Assembly (NCBI GenBank): GCA_965237415.1
Contig: CBDEFM010000002.1
Span: 2,784,001 to 2,848,000 of the forward strand
Source of the DNA: Alphaproteobacteria bacterium
GTDB taxonomy: Bacteria > Pseudomonadota > Alphaproteobacteria > UBA828
DNA length: 64,000 bases
Reading direction: 5' to 3'
This document shows positions 20,819 through 28,261 of this stretch, one piece after another (position 1 is the stretch's first letter; each line of letters opens with the position of its first letter). A model generated the notes under the pieces. That model ran no database searches. It worked only from the letters and a program-made list of their open reading frames with translations, and was not told the DNA's origin. A program made the position numbers and the translations under genes.

Positions 20819-21003
20819 GCCGGTCTCCTGGCTCGGGGTCATCGACGGGGCCCGGCCTTCCCGAATCCGAAGGATCAGTGGCCTGCGCGCTTGGCGCCCG
20901 GGTCCGTCTCGCCGCTCACAGTTGCGGGGGCAGCGCCGGACTGGCCCGCTCCTCTCCCAGATGCGGGCGTCACCGGCTTCCCACGCTGCGTGACGGCACC
21001 AAG
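20819..21003 (-). ncRNA. Cobalamin (B12) riboswitch upstream of the cobU-btuF-cobW-cobN-cobO-cobQ operon
   Basis: Minus strand shows GGGAAgccGGTG, TGCCCCCGCAACTGT, GCCACTG, GGGAAGGC and GAGCCAGGAGACC (B12 box) in canonical order, about 40 nt before the cobU ATG; ends approximate. Confidence 0.95.
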
Positions 21004-21034
21004 CTAACGCAGGCGCGCCCGGAATGCCACCTCG

Positions 21035-21313
21035 GGGGCGCGGATGCGCCGCACATGGATTTTCGTGTTCACGGTCTGCGACAACGCCGCCGCCGAGGTC
21101 TGCCCCACCTGGCCGGGCCAGCCCATGAGCGCCCACTGGGGCGTGCCCGACCCCGCCGCGGCGACCGGCACGGATGCGGAGATCCGCTACGCGTTCTCCG
21201 AGACCCACCGCATGCTCTATGCCCGCATCTCGATCTTCACGAGCCTCCCGCTCGCCAGCATCAGCCGGCTCGCCCGGCAGGAACGGCTCGACGAGATCGG
21301 ACAGATGACGTAG
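21035..21313 (+). pseudogene. arsC: 5'-truncated, frameshifted thioredoxin-type (LMW-PTP fold) arsenate reductase remnant
   Basis: FVFTVCDNAAAEVCPTWPGQPMSAHWGVPDPAA is the typical ArsC C-terminal half; upstream DAPHMD lies in another frame (extra T in atggattttcgtg); no N-terminal CX5R loop. Confidence 0.8.
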
Positions 21314-21330
21314 AGGCTTCTTCCACTCGC

Positions 21331-21429
21331 CGTCATGCCCGGACTCGTTCCGGGCATCCATCTTTCTCAGCCGGGTCCGTCGGAGCGTGTGTAAACGCGT
21401 GGATGGCCGGGACAAGCCCGGCCATGACG
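21331..21429. repeat. Alphaproteobacterial REP-like palindromic doublet
   Basis: CGTCATGCCCGGACTCGTTCCGGGCATCCA ... TGGATGGCCGGGACAAGCCCGGCCATGACG: two hairpins in inverted orientation. Confidence 0.8.
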
Positions 21430-21552
21430 TGTTGGGGTGGCGCGCAATTGGATACGAACTTTGGTGACAGAGTGCGAGTTGAATCTTCGTGTTTGGGCTC
21501 CTATATCTGGCTTTAGGGAGGGTGTACGCTCAACAGGAACGGAACGTATCCG

Positions 21553-21804
21553 ATGCCCTCTCGCGCAGCTATTCTCACGAGCCTGGGTCTACCCGATCCG
21601 AAGCCTTTCGAATTTGAACCGCTTCCCAACCGATTCGAGGAACCGAGCATCAAGATCGGCCTCGAAGGCCATGGCGCCGTCGTCGTGAATGTGGATGCCG
21701 CGACGCGCCTCGCCAACGCGATCCGCCCCAAAGTCCCTGACCGGGCAAGTCAGATCGATACCTGTATCGAGCAGGCGGCGCGCTACGCAAGGGACGCATC
21801 CTGA
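21553..21804 (+). CDS. Hypothetical protein (83 aa)
   Basis: ATG ORF with upstream AGGA in lower-GC islet; no recognisable motif. Confidence 0.45.
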   Translation: MPSRAAILTSLGLPDPKPFEFEPLPNRFEEPSIKIGLEGHGAVVVNVDAATRLANAIRPKVPDRASQIDTCIEQAARYARDAS

Positions 21805-21937
21805 GACTTCAGATCAGTCGGCGAGTTCCGTCACCAGGGCGCGCCTCGCCGCATCCGCCGGCGGCTTCTCAAGCCCTCCACTTCCGGTTAAGTTCCCTAA
21901 GCGACCGTCAGGCGTCACTCTATGGTACCACTCACTG

Positions 21938-22450
21938 TCAGCGACATGTGCGAATTCCGTCGGCAACTTTCTCTTGCCAGTCAGGCCCCAACACCTGCCT
22001 CGCATCCAAAGCATTTTGATAGCCAGGATCACCCCTATTCACCATGAAGACCTGCATCTGTGCGCTATTGCGTCCGGACACCACTGTGGTGGGTGGTGTG
22101 TAGGTTTGGAAACTCCCGGACGCAGTTTCTCCGACAATGTTCACAGTTCCGGTAGTGTACGAAGTCGAACCTGGAACTTGGTAGACTTGTACGTTGCTAT
22201 CCGTTCCGACACCACTTAGGAAAAAGCGTTCATAACCCTGCCGCAGCGTTGCGACAGCTGCCATCTGATTTGCAACTCGCAGAGCTCCGTCAGTTCCACA
22301 AATCGGAGCTGCACTGGTCGAAACAACAGCTTGGTTTTTTGCGGTTGGTATTATTTCCGTCCGCGCACAGGCAGTTAACCCAAACATCACGGCCAAAGCA
22401 GCGACAGCGAAGGCGCGCTGTCCCCAGCAGCGTTTATACAAGTTCATCAC
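21938..22450 (-). CDS. Putative lipoprotein
   Basis: Basic N-terminus, hydrophobic stretch, lipobox LTAC; GAGGAGG RBS upstream. Confidence 0.7.
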   Translation of the reverse strand: MMNLYKRCWGQRAFAVAALAVMFGLTACARTEIIPTAKNQAVVSTSAAPICGTDGALRVANQMAAVATLRQGYERFFLSGVGTDSNVQVYQVPGSTSYTTGTVNIVGETASGSFQTYTPPTTVVSGRNSAQMQVFMVNRGDPGYQNALDARQVLGPDWQEKVADGIRTCR

Positions 22451-22593
22451 GTCCTCCTCTTCCGAATCAACTTTCTGAACGACCGCTCCCCAGTAACTCC
22501 AGCGCGAGCGCTTCGGGCTTGCAGTCCGTTGCCGATATCCGGCGGCCTAGGCAACTGAAGGCGGTCTGCAAATGCCCTCGGGCACCGTGCAGA

Positions 22594-23166
22594 CTAGTTG
22601 CCGACAAAGCTCACACTCTCCCACGTGACTTTGTAAGGCCGGACGGCAACATTGATCACAAGTCGTACCGCATCCTCCTCCCGCTCTACCCCTTCGATCG
22701 GCTCGAGCAACATATCGGAAGTAACCGCTACGCGGGTTATCAGACTGTCATCTTGCAAGAGGATGTAAAACGGATTTTGCTCGGACTTTGGTGTTTCCTT
22801 CCCCAATTCTCGTGGGCTCGCCATGCGTAAGGCATCGAAAAGGGTCTTAAGACGATTGTCAATGTCCGTCCCGACCTTCCCCGGCGGACCCTTGCGAAGC
22901 ATCAGAATGTCCAGCGCGCATATTAGGCCGTTGTCCTCTGTGGCGATCGGCTTCCACATGAATCCGTGCTGCTCAAAAGTGGCCCCCCAACATTTTTCGG
23001 GATCTGGGATGCTTGGTCCTTCGGGATATCCACGCATCAATACTGGATGCTCGTTCCAAAGGACTTTGAGTTGCTTATGGAACTCCTGTCGTATGTCGTG
23101 CACATGTCTTGACCGGCCTCCCTTGTGTGAAAGCAACTTTCCCGCGTAGGTCAGCCGAAATTCCAT
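22594..23166 (-). CDS. Hypothetical protein with RusA-like resolvase motifs
   Basis: [13 protein letters not shown] and LQDDSLI resemble the RusA DxDNxxK...DD catalytic pattern; ATG at 23166 after GAGGGAG. Confidence 0.6.
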   Translation of the reverse strand: MEFRLTYAGKLLSHKGGRSRHVHDIRQEFHKQLKVLWNEHPVLMRGYPEGPSIPDPEKCWGATFEQHGFMWKPIATEDNGLICALDILMLRKGPPGKVGTDIDNRLKTLFDALRMASPRELGKETPKSEQNPFYILLQDDSLITRVAVTSDMLLEPIEGVEREEDAVRLVINVAVRPYKVTWESVSFVGN

Positions 23167-23377
23167 CTCACTCTCCCTCTGCGCGTCCGGCGAACAGCGG
23201 CCCAGTGGCGCGCATATTATGGGGATGTGCTGTCGAGTCACGCCGCGCCCCGATTACGCCAGCGCCATCGTGGCCCATCACCCCGTCGTAACTCTTCCGC
23301 AACCGACAAGATGGCCAGACCCGCAGCGTCATCGGGCGCGCGACGGCGGCGTCAGCACAGAGTGGTGGCGGACGGGG

Positions 23378-23454
<77 letters not shown>

Positions 23455-23521
23455 TCTCGGCGGACCGCAGGGGCGCACCATAGGCCAGGCCGGGCTGCGC
23501 CGGCAATGGCTGGGGCAGGCC

Positions 23522-23727
23522 TCCCTCCTGACCCTAACCCTCTCCTCCCCAGGGAGGAGAGGGGACGAAGCCGGTGCCGCCTGCGTTCCCCCTCCGCCGC
23601 TCCCGGGCCGTAGGCCCGGACGGCGCGACTGCGCCGCGCGCGTATGCGCGTAGCCAAGCGAGCGGAGCGAGCGCCCGGCGACTGAGGGAAATGAACGAAT
23701 CGGGAGAGGGCCAGGGAGAGGTGGGGG
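23522..23727. repeat. Composite REP-like palindromic element
   Basis: ACCCTAACCCTCTCCTCCC-CA-GGGAGGAGAGGG hairpin, complementary GGGAGAGGGCCAGGGAGAGG half at about 23702-23721, GCGAGCGGAGCGAGCG motif between. Confidence 0.55.
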
Positions 23728-23825
23728 CATTTCGCCGCGAGCGTTGTCGGCGACGGACGCGCCCTTGTCGGCGCCGCCCCGTCCGTTATTCTGCCGCCGC
23801 CGTAGGTGCAAGGGAGGGCTGGACG

Positions 23826-24536
23826 ATGGCGTCGATGCTGGTCACCGGTGCGAGCAGAGGGCTCGGCCTCGAGATAGTGCGCCAATTCGTGGAGGACGGC
23901 TGGCGCATCTACGCCTGCTGCCGCAACCCCGACGGGGCGAACGCGCTGGCAGCGCTTGCCGCGGGCTCGGATGGCGCGATCACGCTGCACACCCTCGACG
24001 TGAGCGAGCCTGAGCAGATCGAGGCGCTTGCCGAGGCGTTTCGCGGCACGCCCATCGACATGCTGGTCAACAACGCGGGCCTGCTCGGGTGCACGATCGA
24101 CGAGCAGGGACCGGCCAGCTTCGGCACCATCGACTACGAGGCCTGGGCCGAGGTGCACGAGATCAACACCATGGCGCCGCTCCGCGTCACCGAAGCGTTC
24201 GTGGATCACGTCGCCCAGAGCGAGATGAAGCTGCTCTTCTTCATGTCCACCCACATGAGCAGCATCACCGACCTGGCCGACGGCGGTTTGTATTCCTACC
24301 GGTCGAGCAAGGCGGCGCTCAACCTGCTGGTCAAGGCGCTCTCCATCGATCTCGAGCCGCGCGGGGTGCGCACGATCGCGGTCCATCCCGGCTGGGTGGT
24401 TACCGACATGGGCGGGCCCCAGGCGCCGGTCAACAAGGAGGACAGCATCGCCGGGATTCGCCGGGTGGTGGCGAGCTATGGCGGGGGCCAGACCGGCCGC
24501 TTCTTCCAGTACGACGGCAAGGAGCTGCCCTGGTAG
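23826..24536 (+). CDS. Short-chain dehydrogenase/reductase (CsgA/C-factor-like)
   Basis: TGASRGLG, NNAG, YRSSK (YxxxK), HPGWVVTDMGG, C-terminal DGKELPW. Confidence 0.92.
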   Translation: MASMLVTGASRGLGLEIVRQFVEDGWRIYACCRNPDGANALAALAAGSDGAITLHTLDVSEPEQIEALAEAFRGTPIDMLVNNAGLLGCTIDEQGPASFGTIDYEAWAEVHEINTMAPLRVTEAFVDHVAQSEMKLLFFMSTHMSSITDLADGGLYSYRSSKAALNLLVKALSIDLEPRGVRTIAVHPGWVVTDMGGPQAPVNKEDSIAGIRRVVASYGGGQTGRFFQYDGKELPW

Positions 24537-24577
24537 CAGCCCGCCCGCGAGAATCCGAGACAGGGGAGTATGGAGCG

Positions 24578-25885
24578 ATGGCCGTGGACCTGGCTCAGGC
24601 CGCGAAACAGAAGAAGATTCGCTATTTCCTGATCAGCTTCGTGGACCTGTTCGGCGTGCTCCGGGCCAAGCTCGTGCCAGCCGAGGCGATCGCGGGCATG
24701 CAGGAGGACGGCGCCGGCTTCGCCGCCTTCGCTGCCTGGCTCGACAGCAACCCCGCCGAGCCCGACATGCTGGTCAAGCCGGACCCCGCGACCCTGATCC
24801 AGCTGCCGTGGAAGCCGGAGGTCGGCTGGCTCGCCGGCGACTGCTGGATGAACGGCGAGCCGATGCCGGACACGCCCCGCCTCAAGCTCAAGAGCAAGCT
24901 CGACGAGGCGAAGAAGAAGGGCTACCGGGTCAAGACCGGCGTCGAGGCGGAGTATTTTCTCGTGAGCGCGGACGGCACCGCGATCTCCGACCCGCTCGAT
25001 ACCCAGGCCAAGCCCTGCTACGACCAGGCGGCCCTGATGCGCCGCTACGACGTCGTCTCGGAGATCTGCGACGCCATGCTGAGCCTCGGCTGGGGCCCCT
25101 ATCAGAACGACCACGAGGACGCCAACGGCCAGTTCGAGATGAACTGGGACTATGACGACGCGCTGATCACCGCCGACCGCCACGTCTTCTTCAAGTACAT
25201 GGTCAAGTCGCTGGCCGAGAAGCACGGTCTCCGGGCCACGTTCATGCCGAAGCCATTCTCCAACCTGACCGGCAACGGCTGCCACGCCCATGTCTCGATC
25301 TGGAACAATTCCGGCAAGAAGAACCTCTTCCACGATGCGAAGGGCGAGCTCGGCATATCTCAGCTCGGCTACCAGTTCCTCGGCGGCATCATCCACCGCG
25401 CGCCGGCGCTCTGTGCGATCTGGAATCCCACCGTCAACAGCTACAAGCGGATCAACGCGCCGGTCACCCTCTCCGGCGCCACCTGGTCGCCCAATCTGGT
25501 GGCCTACGGCGGCAACAACCGCTCGACCATGGTGCGTATTCCGGACGCGGGGCGCTTCGAGCTCAGGCTGATGGATGGCGCTGCGAACCCCTATCTGATG
25601 CAGGCGGGTGTCGTCGTCGCCGGGCTCGACGGCATCGAGAACGCGCTCGACCCCGGCGCGCGCACCGATCTCAACCTCTATGCCGAGGGCCACAAGCTGC
25701 GCGGCGCCCGCAGGCTGCCGCTCAACCTGCTCGACGCACTCAGGCTCTTCGAGAAGGACAAGGTCGTGCGCGCGGGATTTGGCGAGGGCTTCGTCAAGAG
25801 CTACGTCAAGCTCAAGACGAGCGAGTGGAACGAGTACGCAGGCACGATCTCGGATTGGGAGCGCAGCAGCACCCTCGATTGTTAG
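24578..25885 (+). CDS. glnT: Type III glutamine synthetase family, probable gamma-glutamylmethylamide synthetase (GlnT/GmaS)
   Basis: YFLISFVDLFGVLRAKLVP, GAGFA, KPCYDQ, DHEDANGQFE, TFMPKPF, GNGCHAH, SGATWSP, DGAANPYL. Confidence 0.88.
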   Translation: MAVDLAQAAKQKKIRYFLISFVDLFGVLRAKLVPAEAIAGMQEDGAGFAAFAAWLDSNPAEPDMLVKPDPATLIQLPWKPEVGWLAGDCWMNGEPMPDTPRLKLKSKLDEAKKKGYRVKTGVEAEYFLVSADGTAISDPLDTQAKPCYDQAALMRRYDVVSEICDAMLSLGWGPYQNDHEDANGQFEMNWDYDDALITADRHVFFKYMVKSLAEKHGLRATFMPKPFSNLTGNGCHAHVSIWNNSGKKNLFHDAKGELGISQLGYQFLGGIIHRAPALCAIWNPTVNSYKRINAPVTLSGATWSPNLVAYGGNNRSTMVRIPDAGRFELRLMDGAANPYLMQAGVVVAGLDGIENALDPGARTDLNLYAEGHKLRGARRLPLNLLDALRLFEKDKVVRAGFGEGFVKSYVKLKTSEWNEYAGTISDWERSSTLDC

Positions 25886-25915
25886 AGCGAGTCCGTCTTC
25901 GACGGACTCGCTCTA
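25883..25915. repeat. Perfect 15-bp hairpin (TAGAGCG...CGCTCTA type REP / bidirectional terminator)
   Basis: TAGAGCGAGTCCGTC-TTC-GACGGACTCGCTCTA, beginning at the glnT stop codon. Confidence 0.75.
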
Positions 25916-26028
25916 GGAGCCTGCGCCGCAGAACGCTTTTGGGCACCTTCAGACACCATAGGTAGTAGTAAAGAATGATCTGATTCCACTACATATAGTA
26001 GGCAATTTCCCACGGCGCAGGCTCCTAG
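25913..26028. mobile_element. Putative MITE-like mini-element with 12-bp terminal inverted repeats and CTAG flanks
   Basis: CTAG|GAGCCTGCGCCG ... CGGCGCAGGCTC|CTAG around an AT-rich interior; no transposase ORF. Confidence 0.6.
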
Positions 26029-26114
26029 GCCGCGGTCGCGGCCCGCCGCGAATGCGGCGCGCCCGCGCAGGCGCCGGCCGAAGGCCGGCTGCCGTGAGCG
26101 ACATAGTCGGTGGC

Positions 26115-26199
<85 letters not shown>

Positions 26200-26278
26200 A
26201 CGTGCGCCAGCCGCGGGACCCCTCATAGCGCGAGAGCGCGTGCAAGGCCACCGCGGTTGATAGCGTTCTTAACGCACA

Positions 26279-26701
26279 GGACCATGGTGCCGTGCACGGC
26301 GCGCGGCTCAAGCGCCAGGATCGCGCTATGAAAGGTGAGAGCGAAACGGCCACGGCAGGCGAAGTGAGCGAGCGTGCGCGATCCTATCCCGCGCGCGTGA
26401 CCTCATATCCCGCGCGCACGACCCTTCGGGCCTGCGCGGCTCAGGCACGCGTGAAATTATCCGATGCGCGTGACCTTGCAGGCATGCGCGACGCGGGCGC
26501 GCGCGACACCATCCCGCGGAATCCCTCTTAATCCCTCTTAATCCCACTTAATCCCACTTATCCCACTTATCCCACTTATCCCACTTATCCCACTTAATCC
26601 CACTTATCCCACTTAATCCCGGCAAATCCCGGATAGGAATTAAGTGTGGTCCGAGTGGGACGGCGGAGCCGGGCCGCGACCGTGGCGAGAGAAGCGGGCT
26701 A
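26279..26701. repeat. Dispersed intergenic element, copy 1, containing ATCCC(A/T)CTT(A) tandem array (26511-26635)
   Basis: Ungapped homology to 53705-53807 and 53839-53914; 13 ATCCC-initiated 9/10-nt units; left end not defined. Confidence 0.85.
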
Positions 26702-28261
26702 ACCGCCCGTTTCGAGAGAGAGCGTGCAGTCGAGCGCCCGCGCGAGCGCCTCGGCCGCCGACTGGGCCTTGCCCGATGCGAGCGGCCGGTGCCGAGCCGT
26801 GAGCCTCAGCACGAGGCGGCCGTCCTCTGCCGCGAGCTCGGATCCGTCGAGCACCGCCGGCTCCCCGCAAGAGAGCCGCTCGGCAAGCCTGAGCGTGAGC
26901 CCCAGCGCGCGGGCCTCGGCCTGCGCCGCCCGGGGCAGCAGCCGGTGCACGGCGCGATCCGCTTCGGCCGGCAGGCTCGACTTGTAGCGCGTGGCGACAG
27001 CAAGCGCGAGGAACACCCGGCCTGGATGGTCGATGCCGACGAAAGGCGCGCGGGAGATGCGCGCGAACGCGTCGGCCGCGCGGAGGTCCGGATGCTGGCG
27101 CCAGGCGATCTCGGAGAGGAAGGCCGCCGCCGGAAGCATGCTCCGATGCGCATCGAAAGCCGGAAGCGTCGCCCGCGCCAGCCATGACTCGAGCGCCTCG
27201 GCATAGGCGAGAGAGCGGCCATCCCGCCGGGCGATCGCCCGGCACGCGTCGTGGAGCGGATCGAGCGCACGGACCGCCGGCGGCAGCCTGTCGAAGAGCA
27301 GCCCCTCGCGCAGACCGAAGGCCGAGAACAGCACGTCGCTCGGCCGGGCGATCTTCAGCAACGCGATCAGAACCGCAGCGCCGCTCGGCACGGTCGCAAG
27401 CCGCCTGGGCCACATGCCTTCCGGCCCCGGCCGCAGCGTACTGGGATCGGCGTCGGCGAACTCTCCGGCGACCCTGCGGGCCTCGGCCGCCGCCATGCGA
27501 TAGTGATGGACGACGGCGATGGGATATTGCTCAGCGGCCATGTGGAGCCGGGCCAGCGCCCGCCACGCACCGCCGACGAGATAGACAGGCTCGCCCCGCA
27601 CCCGATCGAGCCAGGGCAGCGTTTCCAGCCGTTCCGCCGCGAGCGCGGTGCGGCGCCCGGGCTTGAGGCTGCCGAGGCGGAGCACGCCGAGCGGGAGAGT
27701 CGCGTGCTCGGCGAGCCGCCCCTGCTCGAGGCGCACCAGTTCCAGGCTGCCGCCGCCCAGGTCCGCCATCAGCCCGCTCGCCCCCGGGAAGGCCGAGACC
27801 ACGCCGAGAGCCGCATAGCGGGCCTCTTCCTCGCCCGAGAGGACCCTGAGCGAGAATCCGGTCTCGCGGGCCGCTGCCGTGCGGAAGCGCTCGCCGTCGC
27901 GCGCTTCGCGCACCGCCGCCGTCGTCACCGCGTCGAGCGGGGCCACCCCGAGTGCCGTTGCGGCCGCGGAGAACCGGCGCAGCGCATCGAGCGCGGGTTC
28001 CACCGCCTCGGGCGCGAGCGCCCCGGTCTCGGCAAGGGTGGCGCCGAGGCCGCACAGCTCGCGCTCGTTGAAGATGGGTGCCGGTGCCCGGTTGAGCCCC
28101 TCGAACACCACGAGGCGGATCGAGTTCGAGCCGACGTCGAGCACACCGTAAGGTGCGTCGGCTGCCGCATCGGCGCGCGCGCTGGCCAGGAAGCGCTCGG
28201 ACTCGACCGCGAGCGTCGCCGGGTCGGCCGCGAGTTGGGACGCGCCCTGCTGTTGCGTCAC
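26699..28261 (-). CDS. ppx: Exopolyphosphatase Ppx/GppA
   Basis: [42 protein letters not shown]. Confidence 0.94.
   Translation of the reverse strand: MTQQQGASQLAADPATLAVESERFLASARADAAADAPYGVLDVGSNSIRLVVFEGLNRAPAPIFNERELCGLGATLAETGALAPEAVEPALDALRRFSAAATALGVAPLDAVTTAAVREARDGERFRTAAARETGFSLRVLSGEEEARYAALGVVSAFPGASGLMADLGGGSLELVRLEQGRLAEHATLPLGVLRLGSLKPGRRTALAAERLETLPWLDRVRGEPVYLVGGAWRALARLHMAAEQYPIAVVHHYRMAAAEARRVAGEFADADPSTLRPGPEGMWPRRLATVPSGAAVLIALLKIARPSDVLFSAFGLREGLLFDRLPPAVRALDPLHDACRAIARRDGRSLAYAEALESWLARATLPAFDAHRSMLPAAAFLSEIAWRQHPDLRAADAFARISRAPFVGIDHPGRVFLALAVATRYKSSLPAEADRAVHRLLPRAAQAEARALGLTLRLAERLSCGEPAVLDGSELAAEDGRLVLRLTARHRPLASGKAQSAAEALARALDCTLSLETGG

Noticed and set aside
26511-26635. 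Possible CRISPR array
   Set aside because: Units are 9-10 nt and directly adjacent, with no unique spacers and no cas genes in the window.
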